Shown: positions 37,484 to 47,733 of the stretch, in pieces
Layout of the letters: each line of letters begins with the position of its first letter
How positions within the stretch are numbered: position 1 is the first letter of the stretch
Assembly: GCA_026002975.1 (NCBI GenBank)
Contig: BPGJ01000012.1
Coordinates: 4,299 to 68,298 of the forward strand
Length of the DNA: 64,000 nt
Origin: Acidimicrobiia bacterium
GTDB taxonomy: Bacteria > Actinomycetota > Acidimicrobiia > Spongiisociales > ZC4RG35
Direction of reading: 5' to 3'
Made by a program: the position numbers and the translations under genes
The notes under the pieces: generated by a model
What the model was told of the DNA's origin: nothing
Databases searched by the model: none
What the model saw: the letters and a program-made list of their open reading frames with translations, nothing else

Positions 37484-38763
37484 TGCCGCCGCCGCTGCCC
37501 GATCGTTACCGACTCGAGGTTCGGCTGGGAAGGGACCACGACGTGGAGGAGTGGCTCGGCTCGGACTCGTCGCTGGATCGGCCGGTCCTGGTCCGGATCC
37601 TGGGTCCGGAGACCAGCCCGGAGAGACGCCGCGACTTCCTCGACGCCGTCCGGGCGGCCGCCGGTGTCTCCCATCCCCATCTGGTCGCGGTGTTCAACGC
37701 CGGGGAAGTCGAGGGTGGAGCGTTCTCGGTGTCGGAATGGGCCGGTGGGCTGACCCTGGCCGACCGCCTGCGGGCCGGGGAGCCCATCGACCCGATCGAG
37801 TTCCTACCCAACGCGGCGGGGCTGGCCTCGGCGTTGGCCGCCCTCCACCGGGAGGGGGTGGTCCACGGAGCGATCGACCCCGGAGCGATCTACTACTCCG
37901 TGGCGCATCCCGCCAAGTTGGGACGTTTCGGGAGGCCACGGGAGTCCCCTACCGCCTCCAACGACGTACGGTCGTTGGCCTCGGCCCTCGAGGAAGCGGT
38001 GACCGGGGAGGCCCCCGGGGTGGCTCCACCGTCCGAGGTGGTGGACGGTCTCAGCCCTCTGGTCGACCGGGCCCTCGCTCGGGCCAGGTCGGGAGCGGTC
38101 ACCGCCGCCGGTTTCGCCGAGGAGCTGGCTTCGATTCCCTCACCCCACCCGGTCCACTCCGAACCCGCCAGCTCCTCCAGACGGGTGCTGGCCGTGGCGG
38201 TGTCGCTGGTGCTGCTCGCTCTGGGTCTCCTCGGCCTCGGGCGCCTCTTCCTGGTCGAGCCGGGCACCCCGGTTATACCGCCTCCCCTCGGGTCGGGTGT
38301 CCCCGAGGTCCCCACCACGTCCACCCCCCCACCGCGAACTGCCCTCCTCGAGACCTCGGTCACCTCCTTCGACCCCTTCGGCGACGGCAACGAACACGAC
38401 GCCGACCTGCCCCGCCTACTCGACGGCGACTCGGCCACGTTCTGGTCCACCGAGACCTACCGTGATCCCCTACCCCTGCTCAAACCCGGGGTCGGTCTCC
38501 TCATCCAGGTCGAAGCCACACCCCTCCGGGTCGAGCTCGCCGGGATCACCCCGGGGACCGACTACGTCATCGCCTGGACCGACACCGAACCCTCCGACCT
38601 GGACTGGGAGGTGTTGGCTCGGGGCCGAACCGCGGCAGGGACGCTCACCCTCCAGCTCCCTCCCCGGTCCGGCGGCAGGTTCATCGTCTGGTTCACCGCC
38701 CTCCCCGGTAACCCCGAGTCGGGCTATTCCGCCCGGGTGGGGGAAGTACGCTTTCGGGGATGA
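37483..38763 (+). CDS. Membrane Ser/Thr pseudokinase with extracellular discoidin-like domain
   Basis: DRYRL, LDRPVLVR, HPHLV, VHGAIDPGAI, KLGRFG; one TM; FDPFGD..DGDSATFWSTETY. Confidence 0.8.
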   Translation: MPPPLPDRYRLEVRLGRDHDVEEWLGSDSSLDRPVLVRILGPETSPERRRDFLDAVRAAAGVSHPHLVAVFNAGEVEGGAFSVSEWAGGLTLADRLRAGEPIDPIEFLPNAAGLASALAALHREGVVHGAIDPGAIYYSVAHPAKLGRFGRPRESPTASNDVRSLASALEEAVTGEAPGVAPPSEVVDGLSPLVDRALARARSGAVTAAGFAEELASIPSPHPVHSEPASSSRRVLAVAVSLVLLALGLLGLGRLFLVEPGTPVIPPPLGSGVPEVPTTSTPPPRTALLETSVTSFDPFGDGNEHDADLPRLLDGDSATFWSTETYRDPLPLLKPGVGLLIQVEATPLRVELAGITPGTDYVIAWTDTEPSDLDWEVLARGRTAAGTLTLQLPPRSGGRFIVWFTALPGNPESGYSARVGEVRFRG

Positions 38764-39332
38764 CCCGGCCTCTCCCCGTCTCCGAGATGGCCGACGCCGA
38801 CCTGATGGGTCGGGTCGCAGCCCGGGACGGGGATGCCTTCACCGAACTGATGCGACGCCACGAGGATCTCGTGTTCCGGGTGGCGCTCAGGATGGTGAAG
38901 GACCGGGAGGTGGCCCTCGACGTGGCCCAGGACGTGTTCACCACCCTGTGGAGGAAGGCGGGTCGTTGGCGGGGCGACTCTGCCGTCACGACCTGGCTGT
39001 ACCGGGTAACGGTCAACGCATCGATCGACACCCTCCGCCGTCTGCGTCGGCGCAGAGCCGAGCCTCTGCCAGACACCCACGACCCCGCCGACCCGAGGGG
39101 TGAAGACCCGTTCAGGATCGCCGAGTTCGACCTGGAGGAGGCCCTCTCCCGACTGCCGGTCGACTTCCGGACGGTGATCGTCCTGGCCGACGTGGAAGGA
39201 CTCCCCCTCGCCGAGGTAGCCAGACTGCTCGACCTTCCGGTCGGAACGGTCAAGTCCCGCTTGTTTCGAGCCAGGCGTCTGCTTCAGCCCGTGCTCGGGA
39301 ACCCCCCGCCGTCGTCGACCCGTCCAACCTGA
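38760..39332 (+). CDS. ECF sigma factor (SigM position)
   Basis: Region 2 DVAQDVF..WLYRVTVN; region 4 GTVKSRLFRAR; syntenic with actinobacterial sigM. Confidence 0.9.
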   Translation: MTRPLPVSEMADADLMGRVAARDGDAFTELMRRHEDLVFRVALRMVKDREVALDVAQDVFTTLWRKAGRWRGDSAVTTWLYRVTVNASIDTLRRLRRRRAEPLPDTHDPADPRGEDPFRIAEFDLEEALSRLPVDFRTVIVLADVEGLPLAEVARLLDLPVGTVKSRLFRARRLLQPVLGNPPPSSTRPT

Positions 39333-39333
39333 G

Positions 39334-40011
39334 ATGCACGACCACGACCTCGACCTGATCGCCGCCTATGCCGAAGGTGACCTCCCTCCCGCCGAGGCGG
39401 CCCACGCCGCCCAGCTGGTGGAGCGTTGCGAGGAATGTCGACTCGAGTTCGCCACCCAACAGCAGGTCCGTCGGCTCCTCGCTCGCGTTCCTCCCGTCAC
39501 ACTCGACCCCGATGAGCGCAGAGTATTGAGGACCCGGGTGCACGAAGCCACCCGGTCTCGACGGTCCCTCCGCTGGGCGGCGGTGGTGCCTGCCGCGGCA
39601 GTGGCAGTGTTCGCTCTGGTCGGCTTGGGGTCCCTGCTCTCCAAGTCTCAGGGGGGCGAAGCCGAGGACACCGCGGCACCGGTCGCGGAGGTGGCCCCCG
39701 CGGCAGAGGAGTCCTTCCGGACGGCCGGCGCCGAACACGTCTTCGAGACCGTGGATCTGGGCGAGGTCACCGCCGATGAGCTCGTCGAGGCCCTCCAAGC
39801 CGACTCCTCGACCCTCCTGGCCCAGTCCTCTCCCACCGCCGCCGAAATCCCCTGCTCCCAGCATCTGGAAGGTGCCGCGCTGGTGGTGTTCGCCACCGTC
39901 GACGGCGAGCCCCTGGTGGTGTTCGTGGATCACCCCGGACCGGATCCCGGATTCCGGGCTTACACGGTCGAAGGCTGCCGACCCACCCGGGTAAGCTCGG
40001 CCCCCGGATGA
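39334..40011 (+). CDS. Anti-sigma factor (zf-HC2-like, TM)
   Basis: LIAAYAEG..ERCEEC, then TM; directly follows the ECF sigma gene. Confidence 0.8.
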   Translation: MHDHDLDLIAAYAEGDLPPAEAAHAAQLVERCEECRLEFATQQQVRRLLARVPPVTLDPDERRVLRTRVHEATRSRRSLRWAAVVPAAAVAVFALVGLGSLLSKSQGGEAEDTAAPVAEVAPAAEESFRTAGAEHVFETVDLGEVTADELVEALQADSSTLLAQSSPTAAEIPCSQHLEGAALVVFATVDGEPLVVFVDHPGPDPGFRAYTVEGCRPTRVSSAPG

Positions 40012-40274
40012 AGGACTACGCCTCCCGATTCGCCGACCTGCTGGAAGAAGTCGTATCCCGGATACGCCAGGTGACCGTGCTACCCGCCGAGAAGGCGATC
40101 CGGGTCGTCACCTTCGCCATGCCCGCACTGGTGCTGGCCGTCCTCGCGGTGGTGTTCCTCTTCCTCACCGTCCACGCGGCGCTGGCGATCCCGCTGGGCG
40201 AGGCAGCCGCCTACGGCATCGTCGGGGGAGTATTCCTCGTCGCCGGTGTGTTGGTGTGGAGGAAGCGAACGTGA
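40008..40274 (+). CDS. Small 2-TM membrane protein (holin-X/YqjE-like)
   Basis: Two hydrophobic helices; ATGA overlap. Confidence 0.65.
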   Translation: MKDYASRFADLLEEVVSRIRQVTVLPAEKAIRVVTFAMPALVLAVLAVVFLFLTVHAALAIPLGEAAAYGIVGGVFLVAGVLVWRKRT

Positions 40275-40281
40275 GGATTCA

Positions 40282-41202
40282 ATGACGGAACGGCTGATCA
40301 TCATCGGAAGCGGCCCCGCCGGCTACACCGCGGCGCTCTACGCTGCCCGGGCTGAGCTCGAACCCCTGGTCTTCGAGGGCAGCCAGGCCGGCGGTCAGCT
40401 CATGATCACCACCGACGTAGAGAACTACCCGGGTTTCCCCGACGGGATCCTCGGTCCCGAGCTCATGGATCGCTTCCGCAAGCAAGCCGAGCGCTTCGGT
40501 TCCCGCCTGGTCACCGCCGACGTCACCGCGGTCGATCTGGCGGTTCGACCGTTCCGGGTCGAGGTGGGAGGCGACACCTACACCGCCCATGCCGTCATCG
40601 TCGCCACCGGTGCTTCGGCCAAGTGGCTGGGCGTCCCCGGCGAGGAGCGGCTGACCGGCCGGGGAGTGTCGGCCTGTGCCACCTGCGACGGCTTCTTCTT
40701 CCGGGACAAGGAGCTGATCGTGGTGGGTGGGGGCGACACAGCCATGGAGGAGGCCCTGTTCCTCACCAAGTTCGCCCGGAAGGTGACCATCGTGCACCGC
40801 AGGGACGCCCTCAGGGCGTCGGCGATCATGGCCAAGCGGGCCCTGGAGCATCCCAAGATCGAGGTCATGTGGAACACCGTGGTCACCGAGATCCTCGGAG
40901 ACGAAGCCGTGACCGGGGTCGTCCTCCAGGACACGGTCACCGGCGAGAGCCGACAGATCCCGATCGACGGTGTGTTCGTGGCCATCGGCCACCGACCCAA
41001 CACCGACATCTTCGTCGGGCAACTCGAGATGGACGACCGGGGCTACATCCTCACCCGGGACCGGTCGACCCGCACCTCGGTGGACGGGGTCTTCGCGGCC
41101 GGGGACGTGGCAGACCCGGTGTACCGTCAGGCGGTGACCGCAGCGGGCACAGGTTGCCAAGCCGCGATAGACGCCGAGCACTATCTCGCCTCGCTGGAAT
41201 GA
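40282..41202 (+). CDS. trxB: Thioredoxin reductase
   Basis: [39 protein letters not shown]. Confidence 0.97.
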   Translation: MTERLIIIGSGPAGYTAALYAARAELEPLVFEGSQAGGQLMITTDVENYPGFPDGILGPELMDRFRKQAERFGSRLVTADVTAVDLAVRPFRVEVGGDTYTAHAVIVATGASAKWLGVPGEERLTGRGVSACATCDGFFFRDKELIVVGGGDTAMEEALFLTKFARKVTIVHRRDALRASAIMAKRALEHPKIEVMWNTVVTEILGDEAVTGVVLQDTVTGESRQIPIDGVFVAIGHRPNTDIFVGQLEMDDRGYILTRDRSTRTSVDGVFAAGDVADPVYRQAVTAAGTGCQAAIDAEHYLASLE

Positions 41203-41253
41203 TCCGGCGCCCCCGAGACGTTGCAAGGTACCCGATCCCAAGGAGATAGAACG

Positions 41254-41580
41254 ATGGGAGCCAACACCGTAACCCTCACCGACGCCAACTTCCAGGACAG
41301 CATCGCGGGAGACCGCCCCGTCCTGGTCGACTTCTGGGCCGAATGGTGCGGTCCCTGCCGCATGATCGCCCCGGTCCTGGAGGAGATCGCGGCCGAGCAC
41401 GGCGACAAGCTGACGGTGGCCAAACTCAACATCGACGAGAACCCGCAAACCCCGCAGAGCTTCGACATCATGAGCATCCCCACCCTGATCGTCTTCCAGA
41501 ACGGGGTCGAGAAGAAGCGCATCATCGGAGCCCGCCCCAAGCACTCCCTCCTCCAGGAGCTGTCCGAGTTCATCGGCTGA
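41254..41580 (+). CDS. trxA: Thioredoxin
   Basis: VDFWAEWCGPC, SIPT; RBS AAGGAG. Confidence 0.97.
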   Translation: MGANTVTLTDANFQDSIAGDRPVLVDFWAEWCGPCRMIAPVLEEIAAEHGDKLTVAKLNIDENPQTPQSFDIMSIPTLIVFQNGVEKKRIIGARPKHSLLQELSEFIG

Positions 41581-41596
41581 ACCCCACCCCGACCCG

Positions 41597-41638
41597 CAGA
41601 CCGACCCCCCCTTGGTTGGGGGGTCGGTCTGTGTTTGT
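41597..41638 (+). terminator. Intrinsic terminator after trxA
   Basis: 14-bp stem CAGACCGACCCCCC/GGGGGGTCGGTCTG followed by TGTTTGT. Confidence 0.8.
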
Positions 41639-41648
41639 GCGACCATGA

Positions 41649-42647
41649 GTGGATATGCGTCTATACCGTCTGGGCGACGAGGGTCCGGCCGTCCAAGACA
41701 TCCAAGACCGGCTGTTGGCCCTGGGCCTCACCTGCGGTGACGATCCTCCCGGCGTGTTCGGTGAAGGGACCAAGGAGGCAGTGGTCTCCTTCCAGAGCAG
41801 CCGGGGACTCGATCCGGATGGCATCGTCGGACCGGACACCTGGCGGGCCCTGTACGAGGCCGGCTACCGCCTGGGCGACCGCCTCCTCTTCCTTCGCCGC
41901 CCCATGATGCGAGGCGAAGACGTCGCCGAGCTGCAGACCCGTCTGAACAACCTGGGGTTCGACGCGGGAAAGCCCGATGGGATCTTCGGTCCCGACACCG
42001 AGAGAGCGGTCATCGAGTTCCAGCACAATCGTGGCCTCACCGAGGACGGTGTCGTGGGACCCGAGGTGGTCACCGAGCTGCGTCTGGTCACCCGGGGTCC
42101 TCTACGTCGGGGCCGCGAGGCGGTCCGGGAGCTGGAGTGGCTGCGTAGTTTGCCTACCACCTTGGTGGGAGCCAAGGTGGCCTTCGACGCGGCCGCCCGA
42201 ACGACCGAGGAAGCCGCCCGTTGCTGGGCCGCCGCGGTGACCGCGGCGGTCGAGTTGCAGAACCGGGGCGGCCTGCCTCTCCTCTCCCGGAGCATGGACG
42301 AAGCCCTGCCCGAGCGGGTCCGGGCCCGGAGGGCCAACCGGGCGGCGGCCGAACTGATCGTGTCGTTCCAGCACGGCGACGACGCCGTCCTCTACTTCGC
42401 CACCCCGACCACCCGGAGCGAGGCTGGTTACCACCTGGCCGTCCACGTCCACCAGACCCTGGGCGGTGACTTGAGCGGCCGGGCCACGCCGATACTCAGA
42501 GAGACCAGAGCTCCGGCCGTGGTGGTCGTGCGGGAAGACATGGGAGCGGCGGTGGGTGCCCGCGTGGTGGAAGCCCTCGAGGCGTTCTTTCGGGATCCCG
42601 GACTACGGTCACCAGCCGCTCGAGATCACACGACTACGCACTTGTAA
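41649..42647 (+). CDS. cwlM: CwlM-like protein: two peptidoglycan-binding domains plus a degenerate Amidase_3 domain
   Basis: Two DG(I/V)VGP..T PG-binding repeats, EAGYRLGDRLL, RARRAN; syntenic between trxA and parB. Confidence 0.8.
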   Translation: MDMRLYRLGDEGPAVQDIQDRLLALGLTCGDDPPGVFGEGTKEAVVSFQSSRGLDPDGIVGPDTWRALYEAGYRLGDRLLFLRRPMMRGEDVAELQTRLNNLGFDAGKPDGIFGPDTERAVIEFQHNRGLTEDGVVGPEVVTELRLVTRGPLRRGREAVRELEWLRSLPTTLVGAKVAFDAAARTTEEAARCWAAAVTAAVELQNRGGLPLLSRSMDEALPERVRARRANRAAAELIVSFQHGDDAVLYFATPTTRSEAGYHLAVHVHQTLGGDLSGRATPILRETRAPAVVVVREDMGAAVGARVVEALEAFFRDPGLRSPAARDHTTTHL

Positions 42648-42680
42648 TTACACACAGAGTATTCCCCAGGCTGTGGATCA
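42648..42680. promoter_or_regulatory. DnaA-box-like sites between cwlM and parB
   Basis: TTACACACA 42648-42656 and TGTGGATCA 42672-42680. Confidence 0.45.
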
Positions 42681-43526
42681 CTCAGCGAAGAAGCGCCGGT
42701 AGATCCTCTCCAGGTCGTCGAGAGAACCGAAGCTGATCTCCACCTTCCCCTTCCGGTTGCGGTAGTCGATCCTCACCCTGGTGCCGAGTCGGTCACTGAG
42801 GCGCTGCTCGAGTTCGATGATCTCCACGGGCCGGACTTCCTTCACCTTGGCACGTGGAGGAGCCACCTTCCCCTTGCGGGCCCGAACCGCCTCCTCCACC
42901 TGCCGCACCGACCACCCCTCGGCCACCGCTCTCCGCGCGACGTGCTCCGCGTACCGGTGGTCGTCCAGGCCGAGCAACGCCTTGGCGTGGCCCGCCGACA
43001 GTTCTCCCCGGTCGACCATCCCTTGGATGACCGCCGGCAGCTGGAGGAGCCGCAGGGTGTTGGTTATCGACGACCGGGATTTACCCACCCGGGCACCGAT
43101 CTCCTCGTGGGTCATCCCGAAGTCATCCAGGAGCTGCCGATAGGCCGCAGCCTCCTCGAGGGGCGACAGGTCCTCCCGCTGCAGATTCTCCACCAGTGCT
43201 TCGGTCAGGGCGGCCCGATCGTCTCCGCTCCTCACCAGCGCGGGAATCTCGGCCAGACCGGCCCGCCGGGCGGCCCTCCATCGTCTCTCCCCGGCGACCA
43301 GCACATAGCCGCCGTCTTCGGCCTCCTTGACCACCACCGGCTGGAGCAGGCCGATCTCGGCGATCGATTCGGCCAGGGCCGCGATCGACTCTTCGTCGAA
43401 GCGGGAGCGAGGCTGGTGGGGGTTGGGTCGGATTCGGTCGACGGGGATCTGGAGCAGAGCCGAGCCCGACCCGGTGGGGATCAGCGCCTCCAGACCTCGA
43501 CCCAGACCACCTCGTCGACCGCTCAT
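42678..43526 (-). CDS. parB: Chromosome partitioning protein ParB
   Basis: GLGRGLEAL, PNPHQPR, AGERRWRA, ENLQREDL. Confidence 0.96.
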   Translation of the reverse strand: MSGRRGGLGRGLEALIPTGSGSALLQIPVDRIRPNPHQPRSRFDEESIAALAESIAEIGLLQPVVVKEAEDGGYVLVAGERRWRAARRAGLAEIPALVRSGDDRAALTEALVENLQREDLSPLEEAAAYRQLLDDFGMTHEEIGARVGKSRSSITNTLRLLQLPAVIQGMVDRGELSAGHAKALLGLDDHRYAEHVARRAVAEGWSVRQVEEAVRARKGKVAPPRAKVKEVRPVEIIELEQRLSDRLGTRVRIDYRNRKGKVEISFGSLDDLERIYRRFFAE

Positions 43527-44317
43527 CCGGCGTCCTCCCGGCCGTGACGCTGCCGGAACTCCCGAGCCAGCTGCCGGTAGGCGATCGCTCCCCGGCTCAT
43601 CGGATCGAAGGTCTCGATCGGCTCACCGAAGGAAGGAGCCTCCGAGAGCCTCACCGAGCGGGGGATGATGGTCCGGTAGGTGTCGTCCCCGAAATAGCCC
43701 CGGACCTGATCGGCCACCTCCTTGGCGAGCCGGGTGCGGGCGTCGTACATGGTGAGTATCACACCCCCGATCCTCAAGCCGGGGTTGAGGTTCGCTTTGA
43801 CCATGTCTACGTTCCTCAGCAACTGGGACAAACCCTCCAAGGCGTAGTACTCACACTGAATGGGGATCACCACTTCGTCGGCGGCGGCCAACCCGTTCAC
43901 GGTGAGGAGTCCCAACGACGGTGGGCAGTCCACCATGACGAAGTCGAAGTCGTCCCGAACCGCTTCCAGGGAGTTTCGCAGCCTGAGCTCCCGACTGAAC
44001 ACCGAGACCAACTCGATCTCCGCTCCTGCCAGATCGATCGTCGCGGGGACCATGTACAGGTCCCTCACGCTGGTGGGCTCGATCGCATCGTCCATCGGTA
44101 TCTGCTTCAACAGAACGTCGTATATCGACTGAGAGATCCGGGACCGATCGATGCCCAACCCCGATGTGGCGTTCCCCTGGGGATCGAGGTCTATCAACAG
44201 CACCCTCTCCCCCTGGAGGGCGAGGCCAGCCGCCAGGTTGATGGCTGTGGTGGACTTCCCCACCCCTCCCTTCTGGTTTGCGATGGTAACGACGGTGGAA
44301 CGGCGGGGCTCGGTCAC
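43523..44317 (-). CDS. parA: Chromosome partitioning ATPase ParA/Soj
   Basis: NQKGGVGKST, DLDPQGN, DCPPSLG, QCEYYALEG. Confidence 0.96.
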   Translation of the reverse strand: MTEPRRSTVVTIANQKGGVGKSTTAINLAAGLALQGERVLLIDLDPQGNATSGLGIDRSRISQSIYDVLLKQIPMDDAIEPTSVRDLYMVPATIDLAGAEIELVSVFSRELRLRNSLEAVRDDFDFVMVDCPPSLGLLTVNGLAAADEVVIPIQCEYYALEGLSQLLRNVDMVKANLNPGLRIGGVILTMYDARTRLAKEVADQVRGYFGDDTYRTIIPRSVRLSEAPSFGEPIETFDPMSRGAIAYRQLAREFRQRHGREDAG

Positions 44318-44925
44318 GCCGCCATGATAAGGAGCCACGTAGGCGGGTCAAGCATCCCCACCTCGAGGGTGCGATAGCCCTCCACCGCCCGAGTCCTTCG
44401 GCTCGAGCCCGCCACTACCGCACGGCCGCCAGGCTCTATCCAGCCATGGAGATGATCCAGGAGGCGTTCGGGTGGCATCACGGCCCTGGCCACCACTCCC
44501 GGGAACCGCCGAACCGGCTTCTCCACCTCCCCTTGAACCACCTCGGCGTTGGGCAGGTCCAGCACCCGAATCGCTCTGCGGGCCAAACTCACCCGTCGGG
44601 ACGACCTGTCCACCAGCGTGAGCCCGCTCTCGGGGAAGGCTACGGCCAACACCAAGCCCGGAAGACCCACCCCGCAACCCAGGTCCGCCACCTCCCTGGG
44701 AAATCGATCGAACCCGACCGCCATCGCGAGACTGTCGACGATGTGTCGCTGCAGGATCCGCCCGCCCTCCGCCGGACCCAGACCCCCTGCAGGGATGGCT
44801 TCTGCTTCCAGCCACTCCGCCAGGCGGAGCAGCCGGTCGATCTGGTGGGGGCTCAGATCGAACCCGAGACGAGCTGCCGAGGCCTCGAGTTCAGCATGAG
44901 GTTCCACGTGGAACCTCCTGGTCAT
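44314..44925 (-). CDS. rsmG: 16S rRNA m7G527 methyltransferase
   Basis: RHIVDSL, DLGCGVGLPG, ARAV. Confidence 0.9.
   Translation of the reverse strand: MTRRFHVEPHAELEASAARLGFDLSPHQIDRLLRLAEWLEAEAIPAGGLGPAEGGRILQRHIVDSLAMAVGFDRFPREVADLGCGVGLPGLVLAVAFPESGLTLVDRSSRRVSLARRAIRVLDLPNAEVVQGEVEKPVRRFPGVVARAVMPPERLLDHLHGWIEPGGRAVVAGSSRRTRAVEGYRTLEVGMLDPPTWLLIMAA
44899..44916. promoter_or_regulatory. parS centromere-like site within the 5' end of rsmG
   Basis: Perfect palindrome AGGTTCCACGTGGAACCT matching the parS core GTTxCACGTGxAAC. Confidence 0.85.
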
Positions 44926-45755
44926 TCCTCCTCGGCCGCGGCCGAATCCTCCGAGTCCTCCTCCACCTTGGCGATGACCACGTAGCGCTGCGGGGCCTCG
45001 CCCTCCGAGTAGGAGCGCACCCCTTCCCGAGCAGCCACCGCGTCGTGGATCACCTTGCGATCGGCTGCACTCATCGGCTCCAGCATGATCTCGCCGCCCT
45101 CCTCGAGAACCTGGTCGATGAGCTGATTGGCGTAGATGGTGAGGGCCTGCCGACGCCGCTCCGCGTAGCCCGCGATGTCGAGGCGAACGCGAGGTGCGGT
45201 TTGCGTCCTCCGCTGAAGCACCGTCTTGGTCAGTTCGTGGATCGCCTCGATTACCGATCCCCGAGGGCCGACCATCGCCTCCGTCTGGGGGCCGATCACG
45301 TCCACCACGATCACATCGTCTTCCAACCTGGTCTTCACTTCGCCCTCGAGCCCGAAGGCATCCACCAGGCCCCGGAGAAACTCCTCGACTACCCGCGTCT
45401 GCTCCTCGATGGTGACTTCCCGTTCCTCCACGGTGGCCGCCTCCTTCTCCTTGGGCTCCGACCTCGCGGGCCTCGCCCCGTTGCGTTCACGTCGCGGCTT
45501 CCTGTTCTCCCGGCCTCGCCCCCGCTGGGTGGCCGCGTGCTCACCCTTGCCCTTGCGCCGGCGGCGCCGGCGCTTCCGCGCCGGCTTCGGCTTTACCCGG
45601 ACGATCGCGTCCTTTCCCCCCAAACCCAAGAACCCCCGCTCCGGCTGCTGGATCACTTCGATCTCGAGCCTGTCACGATCGTCGATACCCAGCTCGCGCA
45701 TGGCGGCCTCGACTGCAACGTCGATCGTCTTACCTCGGACCTCTACCCACTGCAC
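44922..45755 (-). CDS. jag: Jag/EloR/KhpB RNA-binding protein (Jag-N, KH, R3H)
   Basis: GFLGLGGK, KH-like GPRG, MSAADRKVIH, SEGEAPQR. Confidence 0.92.
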   Translation of the reverse strand: MQWVEVRGKTIDVAVEAAMRELGIDDRDRLEIEVIQQPERGFLGLGGKDAIVRVKPKPARKRRRRRRKGKGEHAATQRGRGRENRKPRRERNGARPARSEPKEKEAATVEEREVTIEEQTRVVEEFLRGLVDAFGLEGEVKTRLEDDVIVVDVIGPQTEAMVGPRGSVIEAIHELTKTVLQRRTQTAPRVRLDIAGYAERRRQALTIYANQLIDQVLEEGGEIMLEPMSAADRKVIHDAVAAREGVRSYSEGEAPQRYVVIAKVEEDSEDSAAAEEE

Positions 45756-45758
45756 CTG

Positions 45759-46631
45759 TCATCTCCTCCTGCGGCGACGTTTCTTCTGGGAGACGGCCTG
45801 GGGTCGTTTCCTGGGTGATTCCGCCTCCCCGGGACGGTCTTCTGCCTGCGTCGGCGGTTTCGGGGACTCGGGTCTCCCGTCGATGGCGAAGATCACGAAC
45901 TGTTGGCCCAGCCGGAAAACGTTGGAGGTCGTCCAGTAGAGCACCAGGCCGGCGGGGAAGTTCCACGAGATGAAACCTATGAACAGGGGCATGATCCGGG
46001 TGAGCATCTGCTGGGTTTGCTGCTGCTGGCGCTGTTGGTCTGTCAGGGCCTGATCGGTGATCCTGCCCCGGGTGGCGTGCCACTGCTGGATGTACTGGGA
46101 GGCCACCATCAACACCAACATCAGTGCGTAGGGGATCGCGGTGGGCAGGCCGGCCAGGATGCCGCTTGACATGGGTGTGCCGAGGTCCATTCCCAGAAAG
46201 GTCGTCTCCCCGGACCGGATAGCGGCCAGGAGGGCCGAATCCTCGGGCAGGAAGGTCTGGCCGTTGGCCCCCGATGCGATCTGAGAGACGTTGTTCAGCA
46301 CCCTGAAGAGGGCCAGCCAGATGGGGAACTGGACTATCAGGGGAAGCAGGCATCCTCCCGGGGTGGCTCCCGCCTCCCGCTGAACCCGCATCAGCTCGCG
46401 CTGCATCGTCTCCGGGTCGTCCTTGTATTCCTTCTGAATCCGCTTTATCTCTGGCTGGATCTCCTGGAAGGCGCGAGTCGCTCGGGTCTGACGCAGGGTC
46501 AACGGGAACAGGACCAGATTGATCGCGACCGTCAAGAGGATGATGGCCATCCCGAAGGAGGGCACCAGGTCGTAGAAGAAGGCCAGCGCGGTGCCCAGGG
46601 CCCGCTCCAGAGCGGCGAAGAGCTCACCCAT
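45759..46631 (-). CDS. yidC: Membrane protein insertase
   Basis: [30 protein letters not shown]. Confidence 0.95.
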   Translation of the reverse strand: MGELFAALERALGTALAFFYDLVPSFGMAIILLTVAINLVLFPLTLRQTRATRAFQEIQPEIKRIQKEYKDDPETMQRELMRVQREAGATPGGCLLPLIVQFPIWLALFRVLNNVSQIASGANGQTFLPEDSALLAAIRSGETTFLGMDLGTPMSSGILAGLPTAIPYALMLVLMVASQYIQQWHATRGRITDQALTDQQRQQQQTQQMLTRIMPLFIGFISWNFPAGLVLYWTTSNVFRLGQQFVIFAIDGRPESPKPPTQAEDRPGEAESPRKRPQAVSQKKRRRRRR

Positions 46632-46857
46632 TGGTCGGTTCTCCGTCGGGGACCGGGTCGTAACCGGTTCCGCCCAGTGGGTGGCATCGTCCGAGGCGTC
46701 GCAGAGCCATCGCTCCGCCCCGGATCACGCCGTAGCGTTCGATCGCCCCGATGGCGTAACTCGAACAGGTGGGCACGAAGCGGCAGTTCGTACCCAAGCC
46801 AGGACTTACCAGTTTTTGGTAAAGACGTATGAGGGTGGTCGCCACCTTGGCGCTCAT
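46624..46857 (-). CDS. yidD: Membrane protein insertion efficiency factor
   Basis: [20 protein letters not shown]. Confidence 0.95.
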   Translation of the reverse strand: MSAKVATTLIRLYQKLVSPGLGTNCRFVPTCSSYAIGAIERYGVIRGGAMALRRLGRCHPLGGTGYDPVPDGEPTNG

Positions 46858-47174
46858 CGAGTTGCTTCCCTTGCTCCGCTGCTCAGCCATTCCAGCAGTT
46901 CCCAATACCCGGCATCGGCAGCCCGAGGACTAGCCACCACCACGAAGTCCCATCCCTCGGGCAGGTTGGCCTGCCGGGCTGCATGCCGGAGACGCCTCCG
47001 TACCCGGTTGCGTACCGTCGCCTTGCCGACCTTGCGGCTGACTACCAGCCCCAGCCGGGTCAGTCCTGGCACGCCCTCGGCGGCCACGACCGTCAGGGCG
47101 CCCCGCCGGACCCTCCGTCCCTCGTCCAACACCCGCTGGAAGTCCCGGGACGTGCGGAGGGAGACCAGGTCCAC
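46854..47174 (-). CDS. rnpA: RNase P protein component
   Basis: [24 protein letters not shown]. Confidence 0.95.
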   Translation of the reverse strand: MDLVSLRTSRDFQRVLDEGRRVRRGALTVVAAEGVPGLTRLGLVVSRKVGKATVRNRVRRRLRHAARQANLPEGWDFVVVASPRAADAGYWELLEWLSSGAREATR

Positions 47175-47177
47175 CCC

Positions 47178-47312
47178 TCAGGCGGCCAGTCGTTTCCTGC
47201 CCTTGAGCCGGCGGGACTTCAGGACGGCGCGCCCCGCCCGGGTCCGCATGCGGGCCCGGAAACCATGGCGCCTCTTGCGGCGGCGTACCTTGGGTTGGTA
47301 GGTGCGTTTCAT
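47178..47312 (-). CDS. rpmH: 50S ribosomal protein L34
   Basis: Manual translation [44 protein letters not shown]. Confidence 0.97.
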   Translation of the reverse strand: MKRTYQPKVRRRKRRHGFRARMRTRAGRAVLKSRRLKGRKRLAA

Positions 47313-47338
47313 GGTGCTTGGTCGACTTCGACCGGCTC

Positions 47339-47367
47339 AGGCTAAGGACTGGCCCCAGAACTGTCAA
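47339..47367 (-). promoter_or_regulatory. SigA promoter of the rpmH operon
   Basis: TTGACA-N17-TAGCCT. Confidence 0.7.
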
Positions 47368-47644
47368 AGCACGGACGGAGCGCGAGAAAAATCCTATACG
47401 TCGCGAAATCCGCCTCATGGGTCGCTAACCCTTCCAGCTCAGATCGGCCAGGCCAGAAAACGCTTGCAACCAGGCATTTCGCGCTCGAGCCCAGCTCGGT
47501 ACGGCCGGTTTCCGCGCTCTTGATGGTCTACCCGGCCTCCACCTATATTCGCCCTCAGACCGGCGATCGGGTCGCCGACTTCCCCGGCACCGTTCACCGG
47601 TCGCACCGCGTCGGGGGACCGGGGAGAGCCACCCCGACCACTGT

Positions 47645-47676
47645 TTTTCCACAGATGTGGATGACGTTGTGGACAG
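47645..47676. promoter_or_regulatory. DnaA-box cluster upstream of dnaA
   Basis: TTTTCCACA 47645-47653, TGTGGATGA 47656-47664, TGTGGACAG 47668-47676. Confidence 0.75.
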
Positions 47677-47733
47677 TCGGACAGTCGTAGGGATGTCGTC
47701 ACAGGACTTGCCGTAGCGGCAGGGAGGACCGCG

